Shown: positions 55,857-64,000 of the stretch, one piece after another | Layout of the letters: every line of letters starts with the position of its first letter | How positions within the stretch are numbered: position 1 is the first letter of the stretch | From: Diplonema japonicum | Lineage: Eukaryota > Protista > Euglenozoa: Diplonemea | Direction of reading: 5' to 3' | NCBI GenBank assembly: GCA_964019335.1 | Contig: OZ025739.1 | Coordinates: forward strand, 62,001 to 126,000 | DNA: 64,000 nt | Notes under the pieces: generated by a model | Told to the model about the DNA's origin: nothing | The model's input: only the letters and a program-made list of their open reading frames with translations | Databases searched by the model: none | Program-made: the position numbers and the translations under genes

Positions 55857-58271
55857 ATGGGTAGGAAAAAAACCTCAAAAATATTGGATGTGCCGGGGTG
55901 TGTGATGCTTGACACCAGCGAAGGGGAAAGCCCCGATGGGGCCGCAAGACTTCGAGCAGAGAACGCCAAATTAAAAGCAGACCTCGAAGAGCTCAAGGCC
56001 CAGCTAAACCAATACACGCAAACAGACGAGAAAACCACCACAATGCTAAACAGCATCGAGAAGAAGTGGTCCGTCACAAGCATCGCCTTAGCGTTCATTG
56101 CAGGCGCCATTTTTGTTCTCGCAGACAGGGCATGGCTGACGAGCCCGTTCACAGCGGGCGTCTTGTATTCAATAGGTACTATAATACTGATTTTCACGGT
56201 TCCTGCTCTCCATGCCACTGGGACGGTGAAGTACTCGGGTTACCGTGTGTTCCAACCATTTTCAGGTGGAGTTCGATTTGTGGTGTTACAAGCGTTATCA
56301 TGGGCGTTCTACTCGCTAGCTGTTGTGTTTTTACTCTTCGCTGTGTTCTATGGTGATGAGACACAACTCGGTTTGGTGTCGGGTAGTGGCGTGCTCGGTA
56401 TTCTGTCGCAGGTTCTAATGGCGTCTTCCTTGCAAACATTTGTCGCACCATCAGAATCAAAACCTCTGTCGAAAAAATGTTCTGTCTCGCAGCTTCAAGA
56501 TGTTGTGAATGAAGGTCTCGACGAAACGCCCTTAGAACGGCTTTCCTCTGAGATTTTTGAAGACGAAGACGAGACAGACATATCAGAAAAGGAAAAACCC
56601 ATGGACAGCTTCGCGGAACTCTTAACACTGAACATCTTGCTGATTCTCATCATGCTTGGGCTCTCTTTTGTATCAGAGTTCATGGGAAAGGCCCTTCCCG
56701 CTGCTCTGTCGCTTCTTGTAACATGTGTTGCTGTTTTACTAACGCACGGTCTAGGAGGGAAGATTCTCCGCCTCAGAGGGTGGACGTTCTTCCAACCGTT
56801 TGCGGGTGGAACGCAGTTTGTGATTCTTCAAGGAGTGACATGGATGCTTTTTACAATCTCGCTCTTGTGCCAGCTCGCGTTTCTGTACGCGGTGCTGTAC
56901 CTGGGAGTGTCATTGACAATGGGATTAATGCATGTGGGTGGAATGGCAGCAGTTGCTTCGGAAATTTTATGTGTTATTTCCTTCCGATACTTCAAAGGCT
57001 CGAAAACGAGAAAGCGGAGGGATCAGCGAGCGCTTAAAGCGGACAAAACTTTAACAGAAATGCCGAAAATATCGGTTTGGTGTACGCTGGTTACGGTTCT
57101 CGTGTGGAACCTGCAGTACCTGCCCTTCGTCGCGCACGTAGCAGTCATGATCATCCCGGCCTTGCTCCCCATTTCGGCGAACGAATACCTCCACGAAGCA
57201 ACGCAAGGCATTGTGTACACAAACATGACGGTTCGAGAAGTTGTCCGAGCCACCATGATCCCCATCACATCAATTGTCATATACATGATGAACTTTTCGG
57301 TGATGCAAACCCTCGGTGTACCCCGCGCTATCGGTTTGTTAATGTCACCACCATGGGTCCTATTTGCTGGTGTATATCTTGTCAAAGACACACCTTGTTT
57401 TAACTTACAAGCATGTGTCATGGGGGTGTGGATTGTGTACAGTATAACATACATTGGCGATCCCGACAAGGGTATTCGGAAGCGCTACGACCCGAATTGG
57501 ACAAACACCACATCGCTGTGGGAAAATATGAGGATGTACTTTGGAGGGAGGGTGTTAGTGTCAAAGAAGCTTGAAAAACTTTTGAAAAAAGGAAAAGGAC
57601 CTGGTGCCTCACAACACATGGTGGGGTACCACCCCCATGGGATAATCCCCTCGGGCATGGTGTGGGGAATGCGTTGCTCCGAGTGGAAAGAAAAACTCCC
57701 GAATTTTGAACTGACAGGGCTGACAGCTTCTATAATGCACTATGTTCCACTAATGCGAGATGTGATACAATGGACGGGCATTCGAGAAGTTTCAAGAAAA
57801 ACGCTTTACAGAACTATCGATGAAGGGCTGAACCCTGCCGTGGTGGTCGGCGGGCAATCTGAAATGTTCTTGTCAAGAAGCCGTGACAACAGTATAAAAA
57901 TAGTTCGTTTCCACAATGGTTTCTTCAAGATCGCCGTCGAGAAGCAGGTCCCCGTTCTCCCCATATTCGCGTTCGGGGAAACAAAAATTTACGATAATAT
58001 CGAATTACCTACTATACAAAAATGGTCAAAGTCCCGTCTTGGCTTCCCCATTCCGTTCATTCCCATTGGTCGATGGAATCTTCCGGTCCCTAGGAGGAAG
58101 AAGGTTATCCTTGCAGTCGGTGCTCCGCTGTCGCCGCCCAAATCCGGTTCTGAGGCAGAGGTGGAGGCGTTTAAGTACCGGTATTTTGACGCTGTTCAGG
58201 ATCTCTTCGATGAGTTCAAAGATCGTGCTGGATATGAACATCACCGGTTGGAGTTCATTGATAAACGGTAG
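55857..58271 (+). CDS. DGAT2: DGAT2/MOGAT-family acyltransferase with duplicated N-terminal multi-TM module
   Basis: YHPHG, VVVGGQSE, GFFKIA, PIFAFGE and VGAPL in the C-terminal DAGAT domain; two N-terminal FQPF.GG..FV.LQ...W repeats. Confidence 0.88.
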   Translation: MGRKKTSKILDVPGCVMLDTSEGESPDGAARLRAENAKLKADLEELKAQLNQYTQTDEKTTTMLNSIEKKWSVTSIALAFIAGAIFVLADRAWLTSPFTAGVLYSIGTIILIFTVPALHATGTVKYSGYRVFQPFSGGVRFVVLQALSWAFYSLAVVFLLFAVFYGDETQLGLVSGSGVLGILSQVLMASSLQTFVAPSESKPLSKKCSVSQLQDVVNEGLDETPLERLSSEIFEDEDETDISEKEKPMDSFAELLTLNILLILIMLGLSFVSEFMGKALPAALSLLVTCVAVLLTHGLGGKILRLRGWTFFQPFAGGTQFVILQGVTWMLFTISLLCQLAFLYAVLYLGVSLTMGLMHVGGMAAVASEILCVISFRYFKGSKTRKRRDQRALKADKTLTEMPKISVWCTLVTVLVWNLQYLPFVAHVAVMIIPALLPISANEYLHEATQGIVYTNMTVREVVRATMIPITSIVIYMMNFSVMQTLGVPRAIGLLMSPPWVLFAGVYLVKDTPCFNLQACVMGVWIVYSITYIGDPDKGIRKRYDPNWTNTTSLWENMRMYFGGRVLVSKKLEKLLKKGKGPGASQHMVGYHPHGIIPSGMVWGMRCSEWKEKLPNFELTGLTASIMHYVPLMRDVIQWTGIREVSRKTLYRTIDEGLNPAVVVGGQSEMFLSRSRDNSIKIVRFHNGFFKIAVEKQVPVLPIFAFGETKIYDNIELPTIQKWSKSRLGFPIPFIPIGRWNLPVPRRKKVILAVGAPLSPPKSGSEAEVEAFKYRYFDAVQDLFDEFKDRAGYEHHRLEFIDKR

Positions 58272-58274
58272 GGG

Positions 58275-58306
<32 letters not shown>

Positions 58307-59411
58307 GTATTGAAAAAAAAAATTTTTTTTTTATATTTTTTTTTTTCGGCAATAAGTGGTGACCTCTGTGTCCCCCTTGACACTAGAAGATCTGACTTTC
58401 CCATGATTATAAGGGATTTTTTTTAGTGGAAAAAAAAAAACTCGAGGAGAGGGGAGGGGGAAAAAAAGGAGATTGGGAAGCAAACACATTTTTTTTTTTT
58501 TTCAAACGGAAGATTTAAAAAAAAAAAAAAGTTGGCGGTTTGTTTTTTTTTTTTTTCTTCAAAAACCGTTACTTTACGTTAGTATACATTTTTTTTTTAA
58601 ATCTCTAAATATACCCCCCCCGCCGCCCCCGCCCCCTTCCTGCTAGCACTTCCATCGAAATTGATTTTTTTTTTTTTTTTGGTCATCCGAATCTTGAAGA
58701 TCTCAACCCAAACTTCTATTTTTTTTGCCCTCTTTTGTTGGGATCCGGAAAGAAATCCTCAAAAAAAAAAGTTTGCTTCATTTCCCCGTTTTCTTTTTTT
58801 GTTTTCTCTCCTATATTTTCGTCCCTCTACTCGAGAATCCACTTTTTATCCCTCTAACAAGCTATCTAGCCTCCTGTAGCCTTCTTCCCCCCATCCTCAC
58901 TCCCACGTGACTGTAATTCTATTTTTTTTTTCTTTTTTTTTTTTTTTTACCAGCGAACCATATAAGGCGGGCAGAAAAAAAAAAATAAGAGGGAAGGGGT
59001 ATCAATTTTTTTTGACCCACAAAAGGTGCTTTAAATTGTTGTCCTTACAGAAAAGAGGGCTGAACTGAACTGAGCGAATACTAGTAGAATGTACCAGGCC
59101 AGCATTATTATTTGTAGTGGTGTTGATACACTATATTACCATGCCTAATTGTCTTTGTGCATCGCTCCACAGCAGTGTCACCCCCCCCCTTTTTTTTGGA
59201 AATATATTCCTCTGGAATTATGAATCAAAGGGGTAAAAAAAAAAAAAAAAAAACCGGATTTTCTTTTTTTTTTTCTTTTTTTTCTCTCTCTCGATCAACC
59301 TCGATACAAACAAAAAAAAATTTTTTTTTCCCACCTTTAATTTTTTTTCCAAAAAAAAAAAAAAACAAAAAAACAAAAAAAAAAAGGGACCCAACAAAAA
59401 AAAAAATACGA

Positions 59412-60197
59412 ATGAAGCGCACACTGCACAAACTAACATCCCCATTCTTGAAGGTGGATGGCAAAATTGCAGTATTGAGCATGGACAGGGGTCCCGTCAA
59501 CGTTCTAAACAGAAAGATGCTCACAGACCTAACATCTGCTTTGGACGACGTTGCCTCTAGTAAAGACGTAAGAGGTCTTGTACTGACAAGCACGGTACCT
59601 AAGGTCTTTTGCGCCGGCTTAGACATTTTCGAATTCCACAACGCAAAAGAGGAAAACTTGAGAAGTTACTGGGAGCTTGTTCAAAACCTGTGGCTGAAGC
59701 TGTACCTCTCCGAGTTCGCCACTGTAGCTGCCATTAACGGAAGCGCCCCTGCAGGAGGCTGTATGCTTGCTTGCGCCTGTGACTACCGGGTCATGATTGA
59801 TTCTCCAAAGTCAGTTATAGGCCTTAACGAAACAAAGTTGGGTCTCGTCGCACCGTTTTGGCTTGCAGAATCCTTCAACCAAGTATTGTCTGACAGAAGA
59901 TCAGCGGAGTTATTCCTCACACGTGGCGATCTAATCAGTGCTCCCACCGCGTTGTCCCACGGTCTTGTGGATGAATTGTCTCAGGAACCTCTGGAGGCTG
60001 CCGTTGCTCAATTGAACATCTTGCTTAGTGTACCGGACTTCGCCAGGTACGAAACGAAGAAGATGTACCGCGGGAACCTTGCCGCGGAGCTCCTTGAGAA
60101 GAAAGAACGGGACGCGGACACCTTGGTCAGAGTCGTGATGCAGCCCGGCGTGCAAAAAGCCCTCGCGAGGTACGTGGACAGCCTCAAGAAGAAATAA
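59412..60197 (+). CDS. ECI1: Enoyl-CoA delta isomerase 1 (crotonase fold), mitochondrial
   Basis: PVNVLN, VFCAGLDI.EF, AAINGSAPAGGC, CDYRVM and IGLNETKLGLVAPFW motifs. Confidence 0.9.
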   Translation: MKRTLHKLTSPFLKVDGKIAVLSMDRGPVNVLNRKMLTDLTSALDDVASSKDVRGLVLTSTVPKVFCAGLDIFEFHNAKEENLRSYWELVQNLWLKLYLSEFATVAAINGSAPAGGCMLACACDYRVMIDSPKSVIGLNETKLGLVAPFWLAESFNQVLSDRRSAELFLTRGDLISAPTALSHGLVDELSQEPLEAAVAQLNILLSVPDFARYETKKMYRGNLAAELLEKKERDADTLVRVVMQPGVQKALARYVDSLKKK

Positions 60198-60231
60198 AAA
60201 AGGCTGTTGTATTTTACAGAAAATACACATG

Positions 60232-60274
<43 letters not shown>

Positions 60275-60443
60275 TCGTGAAAAAAACTGCGAGTGTGGAG
60301 TATTAAAAGATTATTTATGGGGTTTTTTAAAAAAAAAAAAAAAAACTCACCCCCTACTTTTTTTCGTTTTTTTTTTATGTAATTTTTTTAATTTACATAA
60401 AGGAAGCGGAGGGGAGATAGAAAAAAAAAATAAAAAAAGAAAA

Positions 60444-61175
60444 ATGACACGAAAAAGACAGTTCAACGGTGAGAAGGCCGCCGAGTCGACCAAACGCCGC
60501 CGCGAGACGCAGCAGAAGGAACGCGAGGCGGAGAATACCATCGTGAAGCTCCTGCGCAGGCTGTCAGACATGGGCAAGGTGCACATCTCACCGGTCCCCC
60601 TCCGAGACAAGAGCGAAATCCGGGAAATTTTAACCGAACATCTACCGAGGAAGATGTTCCAGGGCATCACAGGCGTCAGCTTCCCCCGCACCTCCCCTGA
60701 AATCATCAGACGAGAAGCAACTAACCCCGGGAAAATCCATATTTACTGTTTCCTTCTGTTGGAAAACCCTGAATGGGTTACGGAACTAGTGGAAAACCCA
60801 CCAAAAATCACGCTAGAAGGTGTTTCGTGTCCTCTATCGTTCAACTACCCTGTGTATAGGGACCCTCTTCCCAACCTTGCGGCGCCAGGCTTATCCTGCT
60901 CTTCGACTTGCCCCTCTTGCCTTCTCTTCTCCGGCTTGTCTGGAATACGTTCCACCCCTTCCGAGCTACACCTCCTCCTTTCTAACTTAGAACCCTGTCC
61001 GTCTGGTGTAGAGGATGTTTCTCACGGTTGGCGGGTCCATTTTCCCTCTAGGGCTGACGCTCGCGAGGCTTTGGATGCTTTTGACGGTCAGTCATTCGCG
61101 GCAGCTTCATCATTTGGGAAGTGCGACCCCCTCAGCGAGGCACCCCCTGTGTTGTCGGTCAAGTTCTTTACATAG
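60444..61175 (+). CDS. Degenerate RRM-containing protein
   Basis: Basic NLS-like N-terminus; VHISPVP..YCFLLL and LLFSGL..VHFPSRADAREALDAFDG RRM-like elements. Confidence 0.6.
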   Translation: MTRKRQFNGEKAAESTKRRRETQQKEREAENTIVKLLRRLSDMGKVHISPVPLRDKSEIREILTEHLPRKMFQGITGVSFPRTSPEIIRREATNPGKIHIYCFLLLENPEWVTELVENPPKITLEGVSCPLSFNYPVYRDPLPNLAAPGLSCSSTCPSCLLFSGLSGIRSTPSELHLLLSNLEPCPSGVEDVSHGWRVHFPSRADAREALDAFDGQSFAAASSFGKCDPLSEAPPVLSVKFFT

Positions 61176-61306
61176 TTTTTTTTTTTTTTTTTTTTTTTTT
61201 TGGATCGGTTTTCGAAGTTGTACTAATTCATGAAAGGAAAAAGCGGGAGAAGAAAAAAAAAAAAAAAAGAAAGAAAAAAGGAGGGGAAAAAAAAACGTTC
61301 GGCAAA

Positions 61307-64000
61307 GTGGATGCGATTCAAGCTCTCTCCCGTGGCTTCACCTACCCACCCCCTAACCTCACGTTGCTTGCTTTAGCTTCTAGTGATGCGTCTTGTGCTT
61401 CGCTCACTCTGCTGTCTCAGACTCCCGCCTATCACCCCTTCCATCTCCACTTGTTGCTGCTCACAGCACACTTGGACACCGCCACAAGACAGATCCAGCG
61501 CCACTGCCGTGCTCGTCTGGCAGCGCTTGTAGCTCACCAACGTCAAAATCAGGCAGCCGAGGAAAATGGGAAACCAGAAGAATACTCTGTAAAGGTCGTG
61601 CAGAGGTGCATCAGAGTACTTATGGCGAAGGCAGAGGTGGCAAGGAGGAGGATCGCGAGGAACAAACAAGTAAGAGAACCCAAAAAACCCTCCCTCACAG
61701 TCCCCGAGTTGGACCACCTCGATGGTTTAGAAGGGACCGAGAGTGCTGCAGCAAGGAAGATCCAAGGCCACTGCCGTGTGCATCTTGCGAAACTCGAGGC
61801 CGGGAGACGTCGGAAAGCAAAGGATTGTCCCAATACTGTGATGTCGCCACGCAGCAAGGCAGGCAGTGTGCACATGTTGGCAAACGACACAGAAGAGACC
61901 GAGCACTCTGTGAAGGTTGTACAGAGGTGCATCAGGATTCTAATGGCAAAGGCAGAGGTGGCAAGGAGGAGGATCGCGAAAAACAAACAAGTAAAGGCTC
62001 CTGAGAAGCCCATCCCAACCGTCCCTGAGCTCGATGACTCAGAAGAGACTGAATGTGCTGCAGCAAGGAAGATCCAAGGTCACTGCCGTGTGCATCTTGC
62101 AAAACTTGAATCCGAGAGACGTCGAAAGGTACAACAAGGCGATCATACAGTAATGTCGCCACGCAGCAAGGCAGGCAGTGTGCACATGTTGGAAGAAGAC
62201 ACGGAAGGGACAGGTGACTACTCTGCAAGAGTGATCCAGGGTTCCATCAGGGTACTTCTAGCAAAGGCAGAGGTGGCAAGGAGAAGAATTGCGAAAAAGA
62301 GACTAGCGAAAGAACCACAAAGGCCTTCCCTTACTATCACTGAGCTTGAGGACGGCCATTTCGACATTGAAAATACTGCGGCAAGGAAGATCCAAGGTCA
62401 CTGCCGTGTGCATCTTGCAAAACTTGAATCCGAGAGACGTCGAAAGGTACAACAAGGCGATCATACAGTAATGTCGCCACGCAGCAAGGCAGGCAGTGTG
62501 CACATGTTGGAAGAAGACACGGAAGGGACGGAGGACTACTCTGCAAGAGTGATCCAATGTTCCATAAGGGTACTTCTAGCAAAGGCAGAGGTGGCAAGGA
62601 GAAGAATTGCGAGAAAGAGACTAGTGAAGGAACCACAAAGGCCTTCCCTTACTATCACTGAGCTTGAGGACGGCCATTTCGATATTGAAAATACTGCGGC
62701 AAGGAAGATCCAAGGTCACTGCCGTGTGCATCTTGCGACGCTCGAAGCCGAAAGACGGCGTACCGCGAGAGATTGTCACAGCGCAGTATCACCACGCAGC
62801 AAGGCGGGCAGTGTGTATATGCTAGAAGATGACAAAGAAGAAACAGAGGACCATTCTGCAAACGTTCTCCAGAGGTGTATCAGAATACTCATGGCTAAAG
62901 CAGAGGTGGCAAGAAGGCGAATTGCGAGGAACAACCGAAGTAAAAAACCTCTAAAGGCATCCGGCAGCGTTGCTGAGCTTGCAAGTCCGCAAGACGATGC
63001 TGCCGCAAGGAAGATACAAAACCACTGTCGCGTGCATCTTGCGAGACAAGAAGCTGAACGACGGCGGAAGGCAAAAGATGTTGCCACTACAATAGTATCG
63101 CCTCGCAGCAAGGCAGGCAGCGTGCACATGTTACGGGATGACGAAAACTACTCAGCCAATGTGGTGCAGAGGTGTATCAGGATACTTCTTGCGAAAGCAG
63201 AGGTGGCAAGAAGGAGAATTGCAACCAACAAGCACACCAAGACTCCACAAGAAGCCGCAATCACAATCACCGAGCTTCTCCTCCACCGTGAACAGTTCAG
63301 CGAAACACAAGACGATGCTGCAGCCAGGAAGATACAAAGCTACTGCCGTATACATCTCGCGAAACTGGAAGCTGAACGGCGACGGAAAGCACAAAATGTT
63401 ACAATAGCATCACCTCGCAGCAAGGCAGGCAGCGTGCACATGTTGCCAGAGGACAAACAAGAAACGGAAGAAAGAAGCTCGGCAGGGATTATCCAAGGCT
63501 GTGTTCGAATACTAAAAGCAAAGGCGGAAGTGGCAAGGAGAAGGACCGCAAGAAAAGCGAAGGAAGCACGAAACCCGTTGCCAAACCCTGCGGAGCTGGT
63601 GGACGAAGAAGTGAATGACGCGACACAAATAGTACAGAGGTGCTGCAGGATACTAGTGGCGAAAGCAGAAGTGGCGAGGAGAAGACTCGCAAGAAAACAA
63701 ATGGTCTTAAAAGCAGTGCAGGACTGCTGCAGGGTACTCCTAGCCAAGGCAGAGGTAGCAAGGCGCAGGGTCTCGAGACGACACTCTCTAGTCACAGTGA
63801 TACAGAAACATGCAAGATTTGCAATCACACGTGTAACAATAACCATGGCAAAGCAGGAGAAGAGATCTCGGGTTGGAAAGTGCATAGACGGTATTTTGAA
63901 GGCGAAGGCAGACCTGGCCCGGCACAGAGTCATGCTACGTGGCGCAAAGGTTGCAGGGGTGAAGAGCGTGCGACTGCTTCGCAAGGAGAACCACAAAACA
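61307..64000 (+). CDS. Large IQ-motif tandem-repeat protein (start uncertain, 3'-partial)
   Basis: No stop seen from at least 61307 to the window end, which would explain its absence from the ORF track. First in-frame ATG at 61622. Repeats AARKIQGHCRVHLAK and VVQRCIRVLMAKAEVARRRI. Confidence 0.85.
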   Translation, partial: MDAIQALSRGFTYPPPNLTLLALASSDASCASLTLLSQTPAYHPFHLHLLLLTAHLDTATRQIQRHCRARLAALVAHQRQNQAAEENGKPEEYSVKVVQRCIRVLMAKAEVARRRIARNKQVREPKKPSLTVPELDHLDGLEGTESAAARKIQGHCRVHLAKLEAGRRRKAKDCPNTVMSPRSKAGSVHMLANDTEETEHSVKVVQRCIRILMAKAEVARRRIAKNKQVKAPEKPIPTVPELDDSEETECAAARKIQGHCRVHLAKLESERRRKVQQGDHTVMSPRSKAGSVHMLEEDTEGTGDYSARVIQGSIRVLLAKAEVARRRIAKKRLAKEPQRPSLTITELEDGHFDIENTAARKIQGHCRVHLAKLESERRRKVQQGDHTVMSPRSKAGSVHMLEEDTEGTEDYSARVIQCSIRVLLAKAEVARRRIARKRLVKEPQRPSLTITELEDGHFDIENTAARKIQGHCRVHLATLEAERRRTARDCHSAVSPRSKAGSVYMLEDDKEETEDHSANVLQRCIRILMAKAEVARRRIARNNRSKKPLKASGSVAELASPQDDAAARKIQNHCRVHLARQEAERRRKAKDVATTIVSPRSKAGSVHMLRDDENYSANVVQRCIRILLAKAEVARRRIATNKHTKTPQEAAITITELLLHREQFSETQDDAAARKIQSYCRIHLAKLEAERRRKAQNVTIASPRSKAGSVHMLPEDKQETEERSSAGIIQGCVRILKAKAEVARRRTARKAKEARNPLPNPAELVDEEVNDATQIVQRCCRILVAKAEVARRRLARKQMVLKAVQDCCRVLLAKAEVARRRVSRRHSLVTVIQKHARFAITRVTITMAKQEKRSRVGKCIDGILKAKADLARHRVMLRGAKVAGVKSVRLLRKENHKT
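61480..63560 (+). repeat. Coding tandem repeat, ~306-318-bp unit, ~6.5 copies
   Basis: GCAAGGAAGAT(C/A)CAA-like motif recurs near 61750, 62063, 62381, 62699, 63005 and 63323; 62063-62698 holds two nearly identical copies. Confidence 0.92.

Noticed and set aside
578-61233. Numerous short ORFs rich in K, F, G or P on both strands
   Set aside because: They are translations of homopolymer spacers and introns, not genes.

Overview
Eukaryotic nuclear DNA carrying about 34 protein-coding genes, all on the + strand, separated by spacers made largely of A, T, G and C homopolymer runs. The unidirectional cluster, short MLRR/MLR-type mitochondrial presequences, Mind-bomb-SH3-like domains and a TSET subunit, together with many GT-AG introns, suggest a euglenozoan, most likely a diplonemid (inference). 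I reconstructed 29 tiny introns (33-82 nt) by hand. They have GTAT(G) donors, often a poly(A) tract instead of a polypyrimidine tract, and sit mostly near gene 3' ends. Recognisable genes: RPLP1, FHIP/FAM160, JTB-like, two SHIPPO-repeat proteins, DHX34, a cold-shock-domain protein, a PhyH-like dioxygenase, EB1-like, Sel1-repeat, a SUMO paralogue, penta-EF-hand, PITRM1, TSET TTRAY/tstF, a kinesin-3, a tandem double aspartate aminotransferase ending in -SKI, VPS16, an extended DGAT2, ECI1 and an IQ-repeat protein. The most unusual non-coding items lie at 24.5-32 kb: a TA-flanked MITE, a tandemly duplicated 270-bp unit of unknown function, and a ~570-bp element combining inverted repeats, eight copies of an 11-bp motif and a long terminal hairpin. 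All calls come from reading the sequence; no searches were run.
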